Below the pieces are notes generated by a model. That model saw nothing but the letters and a program-made list of their open reading frames with translations. It did no database searches and had not been told where the DNA came from. This document shows positions 50,928-60,010 of a DNA stretch of 64,000 nucleotides, one piece after another; positions within the stretch are counted from its first letter, which is position 1; every line of letters starts with the position of its first letter. Source of the DNA: Anaeromyxobacter sp. (GTDB taxonomy: Bacteria > Myxococcota > Myxococcia > Myxococcales > Anaeromyxobacteraceae); the NCBI GenBank assembly GCA_049840735.1, contig JASGJN010000011.1:32001-96000 (forward strand), in the 5' to 3' direction. A program made the translations under genes and the position numbers.

Positions 50928-51554
50928 TCAGCCGATCAGCGCGCCCGAGCCGGAGAAGGCGATCACCCGCGCCGGCACGCCCACCGCCACCCCGCGCTCC
51001 GGCACGTGCGAGACCACCAGCGAGTTGGCGCCGATGACCGCGCCGTCCCCCACCTGCACCGGACCGGACAAGGTCGCCTTGGGCCCGACCCAGACCCGGT
51101 CGCCCAGCCTGGGCGTGCCGCGGCGGACGGTGCCGCCGATGCCCAGCGTGACGCCCTGCGACAGGTTGCACTCGCGGCCGATCACGCTCCCCGGCGCGAT
51201 CCAGATGCCGCCGGAGTGGCCGATGTAGAGGCCGGGGCCGATGCGCGCCGAGGGCGCGATGGTGATGCCGATGGCCAGGCGGATGGTCTCGCGCACCAGC
51301 GCGAAGGGCCACTTGAGCGCCAGCCGCAGCGGCGTGGGCGCCTCCTCCTGCAGGTAGCGGCCGAAGCGGTACAGCCCGGTGGCCCAGATGCCCTCGGTCT
51401 GGGTGACGATCCGCAGCCGCTCCCAGGTGCCCTGGGCCCGCGCGTACTTGAAGTAGCGGTTCACGTCGGCGCGGAACGCCTCCCACGCGCCCGGCTCCGG
51501 ACCGGCGCCGCCGCCCCGGTCCGCCTCCGGCGACCCCGGGGCCGCGCCGCTCAC
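50928..51554 (-). CDS. CysE/WcaB-like left-handed beta-helix acyltransferase
   Basis: ARIGPGLYIGHSGGI, QGVTLG, IGANSLV, GVPAR; GTGA overlap with the carrier protein gene. Confidence 0.88.
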   Translation of the reverse strand: MSGAAPGSPEADRGGGAGPEPGAWEAFRADVNRYFKYARAQGTWERLRIVTQTEGIWATGLYRFGRYLQEEAPTPLRLALKWPFALVRETIRLAIGITIAPSARIGPGLYIGHSGGIWIAPGSVIGRECNLSQGVTLGIGGTVRRGTPRLGDRVWVGPKATLSGPVQVGDGAVIGANSLVVSHVPERGVAVGVPARVIAFSGSGALIG

Positions 51555-51822
51555 GCGCCCTCCGCCGCCCGCCCGCGGGCCGCCAGCTCGCGCCGCACCG
51601 CGCCGGCCAGCCCGGCCACCGACTGGAGGTCCGCCGGCGAGCCCACCACCAGCAGATTGACGTGCCACCGCTCGTCCACGAACCCCAGGATTTGCAGCAG
51701 CCCCAGCGAGTCGATGCGCCCGGTGTCGATCAGGTTCTCGCCCGGCGAGACCCGGGCCTCCCCCCCGATCACCCGCCGCCCGATGAAGTCCGCCAGCGCG
51801 ATTCAATCTCACCGCCCGTCAT
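51551..51822 (-). CDS. Acyl/peptidyl carrier protein; frameshift near 51803
   Basis: LIDTGRIDSLGLL phosphopantetheine motif; N-terminus reconstructed as MTGGEIEIALADFI. Confidence 0.8.
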
Positions 51823-53440
51823 GTGCACCACCCCGTCCGCCATCCTCGTCCCCCCTCCGCTCCCACTGCGCCCGCAGCCGCGCGCGGTCCGCCTTCCCGG
51901 TGGACGTGCGCGGCAGCTCCTCCAGCACCTCGAACCCCGCCGGCACCATGTAGTTGGGCAGCCGCGCCGCCAGGTGGGCCCGGAGCCCCGGCGCGTCCAG
52001 CGCCGCGCCGGCGCGCGCCACCACCGAGACCACGATCCGGTTGCCCGAGGCGGGGTCGGGCAGCGGCACCGCCACCGCCTCGCGCACCGCCGGGTGGCCC
52101 GCCAGCACCGCCTCGATCTCGCCCAGCTCGACGCGGTAGCCGCGCACCTTCACCATGTGATCGCGCCGGCCGCAGAAGGTGTACGCGCCGTCCGGCCGGA
52201 GCCGCACCCGGTCGCCGGTGCAGCAGGCCACGCCCGGCCGCCCGCGCGGATCGGGCTTCAGCATGGCGGCGGTGCGGGCCGGGTCGTTCCAGTAGCCCAG
52301 CATGACGTTGCCGTCGCGCGCCCAGAGCGTGCCCTCGGCGCCGGGGCCGGTCACCTCGGCGCCGTCGTCCCCCATCACGAACGTCTCCATGTGCTCGCAG
52401 CCGATGCCGATGGGGATGGGCGCGTCGTCCCCCTCCGGCAGGACCGGCGGCACCACCTGGTAGGTGCAGACGTTGGTCTCGGTGGGGCCGAAGAGGTTCA
52501 CCAGCGTCACGTCCGGCAGCGCCCGGCGCAGCCGCCGCAGCTGCGGGGTGGGGAAGACCTCGCCGGCGAAGAAGAGCAGCCGCAGCCGCGACGGCGGCCG
52601 CGCCTCGAGCCCGCCCGCGTCCAGCAGCGCCATCAGGACCGAGGGGACCGAGTACCAGACGGTGATGCCCCACGGGTCGAGCATCCGGACCAGGTACGGC
52701 GCCAGCATCCCCTCGGTCGGGGAGATGAGCCGGACCGAGGCGCCGGCGCCCAGCGACGCGAACAGGTCGGAGATGGAGAGATCGAAGTGGAACGGCGCGT
52801 GGCTGGAGAAGACGTCGTCGGAGCGGATCTGGAAGCGGTCCTGGACCCAGCGCACGAAGGCGGAGGCGGAGGCGTGCGTGTGGGCCACGCCCTTGGGCGT
52901 GCCGGTGGAGCCGGAGGTGTAGAGGACGTAGGCCAGGTCCCCTGGATCGGGCCGGGCGGGCTCGGCCGGCGGGCAGGCCAGCGCGTCGGCCAGCGGCTCG
53001 CACGGCAGGCCGGGGGCCAGCGCGGCGGCCTCGCCCCGCCCCACCCCGTCCACCAGCACCAGGCGCGGCCGCTGCCCGGCCAGGAACTCCGCCAGCGCCG
53101 GGCGCCGCGCCGCGTCCACGATCAGCGCCGCCAGCCCGCAGTCGAGCGCGATGGTGCGCGCCCGCGGCGCCGGCGAGCGCGGGTCGATGGGCACGTAGGC
53201 GGCGCCGGCGTACAGCACCCCCAGCAGCGCCTGGGCGCAGGCCGCGGTCTTGTCCATCCACAGCCCGACCCGGTCGCCGCGCCCGATCCCCGCCTCGCGC
53301 AGCCGCGCCGCCACGCTGCAGGCGCCGCGGACGAGCGCGCCCCAGCCGAGCGCGCCGCCCGCGGCGGAGACCGCGATCTTGTCCGGGTGGGCCAGCGCGT
53401 GACCCGCCTCCAGGCACTCCACCAGCGTGCGGCGATCCAT
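51809..53440 (-). CDS. Stand-alone amino acid adenylation enzyme (PltF/RedM/DltA-like)
   Basis: AYVPID, YTSGSTGTPKG, FDLS, GPTE, TGD, GRRD..VKVRGYRVELGEIE, TGK. Confidence 0.93.
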   Translation of the reverse strand: MDRRTLVECLEAGHALAHPDKIAVSAAGGALGWGALVRGACSVAARLREAGIGRGDRVGLWMDKTAACAQALLGVLYAGAAYVPIDPRSPAPRARTIALDCGLAALIVDAARRPALAEFLAGQRPRLVLVDGVGRGEAAALAPGLPCEPLADALACPPAEPARPDPGDLAYVLYTSGSTGTPKGVAHTHASASAFVRWVQDRFQIRSDDVFSSHAPFHFDLSISDLFASLGAGASVRLISPTEGMLAPYLVRMLDPWGITVWYSVPSVLMALLDAGGLEARPPSRLRLLFFAGEVFPTPQLRRLRRALPDVTLVNLFGPTETNVCTYQVVPPVLPEGDDAPIPIGIGCEHMETFVMGDDGAEVTGPGAEGTLWARDGNVMLGYWNDPARTAAMLKPDPRGRPGVACCTGDRVRLRPDGAYTFCGRRDHMVKVRGYRVELGEIEAVLAGHPAVREAVAVPLPDPASGNRIVVSVVARAGAALDAPGLRAHLAARLPNYMVPAGFEVLEELPRTSTGKADRARLRAQWERRGDEDGGRGGAHDGR

Positions 53441-53461
53441 GCGGTGGCTCCTCAGATGTAA

Positions 53462-53620
53462 ACGGGGGCTGCGCCCCCGCCCCGCCGGCAAAGCCGTCGG
53501 GGCCCCACCCCTGCTGCGCGGGGCCCTGCGCCGTGCTCGCCGCTTCGCGGCTCCGCGCGGCTGCCCCGCGTGGAGGGGCTACGCCCCTCCCCCCTGCTTC
53601 GCAGGGGCCCCCCGCCCCGT
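53462..53620 (+). repeat. Family B repeat (53462-53514) within a multi-hairpin intergenic element
   Basis: Matches the reverse complement of 18483-18537; further short hairpins extend to about 53620. Confidence 0.7.
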
Positions 53621-53658
53621 GACGAAGTCCATCGTGTTCGCCAAGCCACGTTCACCCT

Positions 53659-54801
53659 CTACAGCCCGAGCAGCCGGGCGATGATCCGGCGCTGCATCTC
53701 GGAGGTCCCGGAGTAGATCGTGCCCGGGATGGCGTCGCGCAGCTCGCGCTCCACCCCGTACTCGGTGGTGTACCCGTACCCGCCGTGGATCTGCAGCGCC
53801 GCCAGGGCCTGCCGCACGTGGGCCTCCGACACGAACAGCTTGGCGATGCAGGCGTCCAGGGTCGCGTCGCGCCCGGCGTCCTTCAGGGCGCCGACCCGGT
53901 AGAGCAGGAGCCGCCCCGCCTCGACCGCGACCTTCATGTCCACGATGGCGCCTGCCACCGGCGGGGCCTTGGCGATGGCCTGGCCGAACTGCCGGCGCTC
54001 CTTCGCGTACGCGATGGTGTCCGTGAGCAGCCGCTCCATCGCCCCCAGGTGCGCGGCGAAGATGCAGGTCCGCTCCCACTCCATGGCCGCCCCGAACACC
54101 GCCGAGCCGGCCCCCTCCGCGCCCAGCCGGTTCCCGGCCGGCACGCGGCAGCCCTCCAGCACCACCTCGCCCATGGGCGAGGTGCGCAGCCCCATCTTGG
54201 AGACGGGATCGGAGAAGGTCAGCCCGGCCATGCCCCGCTCCACCAGGAACGCGGTCACCCCCGCCACCTTGGCGGCCGGGTCCACCGTGGCGAAGACCAC
54301 CGCCACGTCGGCCACCGGGCCGTTGGTGGCGAAGGTCTTCACGCCGTCGAGCACGTACGCGTCGCCGTCGCGCCGCGCGCGGGTGGTGAGCGCCATGGCG
54401 TCCGAGCCGGACGCCGGCTCGCTCATGGCGTGCGCCCCGATCAGCTCGCCCCGGCAGAGCGCCGGCAGCACCCGGCGGCGCAGCGGCTCCTGCGCGAAGC
54501 GGAGCAGCGGGAGCTGCACGGCCCAGAGCTGCGCGTTGAGCGAGAAGACCAGGCCGTTGTCGCGGCAGCTGCGCCCCAGCGCCTCCATGGCCAGCAAGGT
54601 GGTGGTGAGGGTCTGCCCGCTGCCGCCGTACTCGGCCGGGATGGGCAGGCCCAGGAGCCCCAGCTCGGCGCAGGCCTTCCAGCGCTCGCGGTCGAAGAGC
54701 CCGCGCCGGTCACGGTCCACCAGCCCGTCGTTCAGGGAGGCCCCGAAGGCCTCCACCGCGGCGCACAGCGCGCGCTGCTCCTCGGTCGGCTCGAAGTCCA
54801 C
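53659..54801 (-). CDS. Acyl-CoA dehydrogenase family, prolyl-carrier-protein dehydrogenase-like (PltE/RedW-like)
   Basis: EYGG.G, CRDNGLVFS, SEP.SGSDA, KMGLRTSP, RRQFG, QIHGGYG, IYSGTSE (S-G-T in place of the usual E-G-T). Confidence 0.9.
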   Translation of the reverse strand: MDFEPTEEQRALCAAVEAFGASLNDGLVDRDRRGLFDRERWKACAELGLLGLPIPAEYGGSGQTLTTTLLAMEALGRSCRDNGLVFSLNAQLWAVQLPLLRFAQEPLRRRVLPALCRGELIGAHAMSEPASGSDAMALTTRARRDGDAYVLDGVKTFATNGPVADVAVVFATVDPAAKVAGVTAFLVERGMAGLTFSDPVSKMGLRTSPMGEVVLEGCRVPAGNRLGAEGAGSAVFGAAMEWERTCIFAAHLGAMERLLTDTIAYAKERRQFGQAIAKAPPVAGAIVDMKVAVEAGRLLLYRVGALKDAGRDATLDACIAKLFVSEAHVRQALAALQIHGGYGYTTEYGVERELRDAIPGTIYSGTSEMQRRIIARLLGL

Positions 54802-54973
54802 GGCCCCCTCCCGCCCGCGCGCCGCGTGGCGCCCGAGGAGAGGAGTGCGAGCGCGGCGCACCCTGGGCAACCACCGGAACGGAGCCAGCGGGCGAGGCGC
54901 CCCACCTCCCCCTCCCGCCCGTGCGCGCACGCGACCCATGACAGTCACGCCTCCTCCAGCTAGAACACCCCGC

Positions 54974-55918
54974 ATGGCCCAGCACGAGAGGCTCGTCATC
55001 ATCGGCGGCGGTCCCGCCGGCTACACCGCGGCGCTGTACGCCGCCCGCGCCAACCTGAACCCGCTGCTGTTCGAGGGCCTGCAGCCCGGCGGGCAGCTCA
55101 CCATCACCAGCGAGGTCGAGAACTTCCCCGGCTTCCCGGAGGGGATCCTCGGCCCCGAGCTGATGGAGAAGATGAAGAAGCAGGCCGAGCGCTTCGGCAC
55201 CCGCTTCGAGACCGCCGAGATCACCCGGGTGGACCTCTCCCGCCGCCCCTTCCAGCTCTGGCAGGACGACCGGCTCTTCACCGCCGACACGGTGATCGTG
55301 GCCACTGGCGCCTCCGCCAAGTGGCTGGAGATCCCTTCCGAGAAGACCTATCAAGGCAAGGGCGTCTCCGCCTGCGCCACCTGCGACGGCTTCTTCTTCC
55401 GGGGCGTGGAGGTGGCGGTGGTGGGCGGCGGCGACACCGCCATGGAGGAGGCCCACTTCCTCACCAAGTACGCCACCAAGGTCCACGTCCTGCACCGGCG
55501 CGACGAGCTGCGCGCCTCCAAGATCATGCAGGACCGGATCCGCAAGCACCCCAAGGTCGAGCTGCACCTGGGCGTGGTGATCGACGAGATCCTGGGCGAC
55601 AGCAAGGTCGTGACCGGCGTGCGGCTCAAGGACGTGAAGGGCGGCGCCACCCGCGAGCTGCCGCTCAAGGGCGTCTTCATGGGCATCGGCCACGAGCCCA
55701 ACACCCGGCTCTTCAAGGGCCAGCTGGCCATGAACGACGTGGGTTACCTCACGGTGAAGTCGCCCTCCACGGCGACCAGCGTCCCGGGCGTCTTCGCGGC
55801 CGGCGACGTGGCCGACCCGAGCTACCGCCAGGCCATCAGCGCCGCCGGCTCGGGCTGCTGCGCCGCCATCGACGCGGAGCGGTTCCTGGGCGAGCACGCC
55901 ACCGAGCAGTGGGATTAG
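54974..55918 (+). CDS. trxB: Thioredoxin-disulfide reductase
   Basis: GGGPAG, VENFPG, CATCD, GGGDTA.EEA, HRRD. Confidence 0.97.
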   Translation: MAQHERLVIIGGGPAGYTAALYAARANLNPLLFEGLQPGGQLTITSEVENFPGFPEGILGPELMEKMKKQAERFGTRFETAEITRVDLSRRPFQLWQDDRLFTADTVIVATGASAKWLEIPSEKTYQGKGVSACATCDGFFFRGVEVAVVGGGDTAMEEAHFLTKYATKVHVLHRRDELRASKIMQDRIRKHPKVELHLGVVIDEILGDSKVVTGVRLKDVKGGATRELPLKGVFMGIGHEPNTRLFKGQLAMNDVGYLTVKSPSTATSVPGVFAAGDVADPSYRQAISAAGSGCCAAIDAERFLGEHATEQWD

Positions 55919-56715
55919 CGGCGCCGGGTCCGTGGGCCCAGCGCCCGCGGGTCCACCCGCAGGAACCCCACCGCGTTCCCGCCGCAGACGCGCCGGATCA
56001 CCGCGTCGGAGAGGCCCGCGCGCGCCAGCCGGTCGGCGGCGCGGGGCAGGGCCAGCCGGTCCCCGCCGCCCAGCCCGGCGTCGGACGCCAGCACCAGGCC
56101 GTCCGGCCCCAGCGTCCGCACCACCCGGACCGCCGCGTCCAGGCCGGCCGAGCCGGCGCCGGAGAGCACCAGGCCGGCCAGGTGGCCCAGGGCCCGCACC
56201 GACCGCACCGTCCGCGCGTCCACCCCGGCCACCAGCGCCTGGCCCGGCTCCAGCTCGGCCTCCTGCAGCACCCCCAGCAGCCGCCGCGCCAGCCGCTCCG
56301 GGCTGCCCGCCGGCAGGGTCACCAGCACCGGCCGGCGCAGCTCCGCGGCCAGCTGGAGCTGGCGCGCCAGCACCCGCTCCTCCAGCTCGGTCCCCTCCGC
56401 AAGCCCCACCGCGCCGAGGGCCGCCACCTCCGGCCTCCCCAGCGCCTCGGGCAGCTCCGCCAGCAGCGCCTCCAGGCCGCGGGCCGGGATGCGCCGCGGG
56501 TGGACCCCCACGGCGGCATGGCCCGCCAGCCCCGCCGCCCGCAGCCGCCGGGCGCCCTCGACCACCTCCTCCCACCCCCGGCGCACGCCCGCCGCGCCGG
56601 CCCGCCCCAGCGCGTCGTCGGTCGGGACCAGCGCCCCGGCCACGCCGAAGAAGCGCAGGTCGGCCAGGTCGCGGGGCGACAGGGAGCGGGCGTGGAGCAG
56701 GGCGTCGAACCACAT
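55915..56715 (-). CDS. TatD-related amidohydrolase-fold protein with degenerate metal site
   Basis: GVHPRRIP, A(L)G.VG, Q..LA.E...PV, NA..F. Confidence 0.75.
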   Translation of the reverse strand: MWFDALLHARSLSPRDLADLRFFGVAGALVPTDDALGRAGAAGVRRGWEEVVEGARRLRAAGLAGHAAVGVHPRRIPARGLEALLAELPEALGRPEVAALGAVGLAEGTELEERVLARQLQLAAELRRPVLVTLPAGSPERLARRLLGVLQEAELEPGQALVAGVDARTVRSVRALGHLAGLVLSGAGSAGLDAAVRVVRTLGPDGLVLASDAGLGGGDRLALPRAADRLARAGLSDAVIRRVCGGNAVGFLRVDPRALGPRTRRR

Positions 56716-56893
56716 CGGACGGATTCGTAACCAGAGGTGCGCTTCCGGCGCCTGCCTCCGCACGTCGCAGGGGGGCGCCCGGGGGGCCTGATCCGCGGCC
56801 GCGTCCTTCGCTGGACCCGCACCGGTGTGATAGATCAGGGACACTCGCCCGTCCGGAAAGTCCCGTCCGGACGCAGCGTTCCCGGAGGTCCTC

Positions 56894-57626
56894 GTGGCCC
56901 GAAGGCTGCTCCTCGCCGCGCTCGTCCTGGCGGCGGTGTCCACCGCCCAGGCGCAGACGTTCCCGACCGTGACCACGGACGCGCTCGCGAAGCGCACCGC
57001 CGCCGCGCCGGAGGCCTGGGACTTCACGCTGGTGGACGTCCGCTCGGTGCTCGAGTTCGACGAGGGGCACATCCCCGGGGCGCTCTCCATCCCGGCCTCG
57101 ACCATCGCCGACGGGCTGCCCAAGGCCGTGCTCGATCACGGCCGCGAGGTGATCTTCTACTGCTCCGGGCCCAACTGCCCCGGCACCCGCACGGCCGCGC
57201 TGGCCGCGGCCCAGGCCGGCTTCGTCAAGCTGGCCGAGTACCGCGACGGCATCCCGGGGTGGGCCGGCGCCCAGAAGCCGCTGGAGGGCCGGCCCAACCC
57301 GCCCTTCGCCGCCCGGCGCATCAGCACCTCGGCGCTCAACGCCCAGATTCTCGATGGGAGGCGAGCTCCAGCTGATCGACCTCCGGGATCCCGCCGAGTT
57401 CCGCACCGGCCACCTGCGCGGCGCCATCAACGTGCCCATCGACACCATCCCCGAGGCCGTGAAGAAGCTGCCCGAGGGACGCCTCTACCTGCTCGACCAC
57501 GCCGGACACCAGTCGCCGGTCGCCGCGCGCGTGCTGGCGAAGCTCGGCCGCCGGGACATCTACCGCCTCGACGGCGGGATGATCGCCTGGCGCACCGCTG
57601 GCCTGAAGGTCGTCACCCAGGACTGA
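56894..57626 (+). CDS. Exported tandem rhodanese-domain protein; frameshift near 57347
   Basis: Signal peptide, DVR...EF..GHIPGA, FYCSGPNC; second domain DLR...EF..GHL.GA...GG..AW. Confidence 0.85.
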
Positions 57627-57629
57627 CCC

Positions 57630-59203
57630 ATGAAGATCGCCACCCGCCTCCAGTTCTCCTTCGGCCTCCTCCTGCTCATCGTCGTGGGCCTCGGCGCCTT
57701 CGGCGCCCTGGCCATGTACAGCACCGGCGGCAAGGTGTCGGCCGCGCTGAAGAGCGCGTTCGCCGCCGACGCGGCGGTGCAGGACGTGTCCGACGCCGTC
57801 CGGCAGGCCAACATCCTGACCGATCTGCACTCCAAGGCCGGGACGATCCCGGAGTTCGACCTGGACCGGCCCGTGGACGAGACCCTGGCCACGCTGTCCA
57901 AGGCGGACCCGGCCGCGGAGCAGGAGCTGCAGCCGCTGGTGCTGGACGTCCGCAAGAAGGGCAAGGCCCTGCGCGACGCCTCCGCGAACCAGGAGTGGCA
58001 GCGCGTGGGCTCGCTCAGCCCCGCCTACAAGGTCGCCACCGACGCCCTGGAGGAGCGGCTGAAGGTGATGAGGACCGAGCGCCGCGCGGTCATCGACGAG
58101 GAGATTGACCGCTCGCGCACGCAGGCCCGGTTCTTCTGGGTGGTCTCCATCGTCGCGGTCATCCTGGGCGCCGCCTCGGTCGTCACCCTCTTCGCCTCCG
58201 TCCGCAACGGGCTCCTCCAGCCGCTGGCGCTCCTCTCCCGCACCGCCCGGCGCGTCTCGGCCGAGCGCGACCTCACCATCAAGGTCCCGGTGGCCGGCGA
58301 CGAGGAAGATCCAGGAGCTGGGCCACGCCTTCGACGGCCTGATGCTCACGCTGCGCAACATCACCGTCGAGATGCGCGGCGCCACCGACCGGCTGCTCGA
58401 GTCGGCCACCCACCTGGGCGAGGCCACCTCCGTGCACGGCGAGACCATCGCCCGCCAGGCCAGCGCCCTCGAGGAGGCGCGCCGGACCTCCAGCGTGCTG
58501 CGCGACTCCTCCCGCACCGCCGCCAGCCAGGCCGACGACGTGCTCCGCGTCGCCGAGCGCGCCGAGGAGCTGGGCCGCGACGGCGAGTCGGCCATGACCG
58601 CCAGCCTCACCGGCGTGCAGGCCATGCAGGATCAGACGCGGCAGGTGGTGGAGCGGATCGCCCGCCTGGCCTCCTCCGCGCAGCGCATCGGCGACATCAC
58701 CGCCACGGTGAAGGACCTGGCCGACCAGTCCAACGTGCTGGCCCTCAACGCCGCCATCGAGGCCTCCCGCGCCGGCGAGGCCGGCGTGGGCTTCGGCGTG
58801 GTGGCCCGCGAGATTCCGGACCCTGGCCGACCGCTCCATCCGCGCCACCGCCGAGGTGCGCACGGTGCTGGCGGAGGTCCTCGCCGGCATCCGCGACTCC
58901 GCCGCGCTGGTGGAGGCCGCCAACACCGGCCTGGAGGACGGCGCCGCCCGCACCCGCCGCCTGGGCGAGAGCCTCACCGGCCTCTCCGGCATCGTCCGCG
59001 AGAACCTGGGCGCGGTGCGCGAGATCGCCGGCGCCGTGGCCGGCCAGGACGGCGGCATCGGCCAGATCTCCAACGCCGTGGACGACCTGGCCCGCATGAT
59101 GGAGGAGACGGTCAAGTCGGTGAACACCACCGGCGACGCCGCGGGCGTGCTCCGCGAGGTCTCCGAGCAGGTGTCCTCGGCGGTGAAGGCGTTCCGGGTG
59201 TAG
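57630..59203 (+). CDS. Methyl-accepting chemotaxis protein; frameshifts near 58306 and 58815
   Basis: Two TM segments, HAMP domain, ADQSNVLALNAAIEASRAGEAG.GF.VVA.E. Confidence 0.92.
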
Positions 59204-59210
59204 GCCCGCT

Positions 59211-60008
59211 TCACCCGTCCTTCACCAGCAGCGTGACCCCGCCTTCCTCGACCGGCTCGAGCGGCAGCCCCTGCGCCAGCGGCAGCTCCACCGGGCCGAG
59301 CAGCAGCGCGCCGCGGGGGGCCAGCGCGTCGGCCAGCCGGCGCAGCGCCCGCTCGGCCACCGCCGGCTCGAAGTAGATGACCACGTTCCGGGCCAGGATC
59401 ACGTCGAACGGACCGCCGGCCGGCGGCGGATCGGTCACCAGGTTCTGCTGCTCGAAGCGGACCCGGTGCGCCAGCGAGGTGGCCACCCGCCGCCGCGCGC
59501 CCGGCTCCGGGGGACCGAACCAGCGCGCCACCCGCTCCGGCGTGAGCCGGCGCAGCGCGCGCGGTCCGTAGCAGCCCTCGCGCGCCGCTTCCAGCGCGCG
59601 CGCCGAGAGGTCGGTGGCCACCAGCGGCGAGGTCCGGTCCGGGGCCGCCTCGAGCAGCGCCATGGCCAGGCTGTAGGCCTCCTCGCCGGTGGCGCAGCCC
59701 GCCGACCAGAGCGAGAGCGGGCGGGGCGCGACCGCGGCGCGGCGCGCCACCGCCTCCAGCCCCTCGCCCAGCCGCCAGAACCAGGTCTCGCCCACCCGGA
59801 CGTGCTCGAGGAGCAGCGCCACCGCGGCCGGATCGCGGAAGGCCACCGCGGCCACCAGCGCCTCCACCGGCGCGCCGGCCTCGGCGGCCGCCGCGCGCAG
59901 CCCGTCCTGCAGCGTGGGCCCGAGCGGGCCGGCGAAGGAGAGCCCCGCCGCCTCGGCCAGCACCGCGGCCACCGCCGCCAGGTCCGGCCCCGACGGACTG
60001 GGCGCCAC
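59211..60008 (-). CDS. cheR: Chemotaxis methyltransferase
   Basis: GETWFWR, WSAGCATGEEAYS, TD, RNVVIYF. Confidence 0.92.
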   Translation of the reverse strand: MAPSPSGPDLAAVAAVLAEAAGLSFAGPLGPTLQDGLRAAAAEAGAPVEALVAAVAFRDPAAVALLLEHVRVGETWFWRLGEGLEAVARRAAVAPRPLSLWSAGCATGEEAYSLAMALLEAAPDRTSPLVATDLSARALEAAREGCYGPRALRRLTPERVARWFGPPEPGARRRVATSLAHRVRFEQQNLVTDPPPAGGPFDVILARNVVIYFEPAVAERALRRLADALAPRGALLLGPVELPLAQGLPLEPVEEGGVTLLVKDG

Positions 60009-60010
60009 GG

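Noticed and set aside
50928..51554. Housekeeping cysE
   Set aside because: Lacks the CysE N-terminal domain and the DH motif context; coupled to a carrier-protein cassette
3597..58818. Mass pseudogenisation or programmed frameshifting
   Set aside because: Single-base indels sit at GATC in otherwise intact genes, with no in-frame stops or slippery sites
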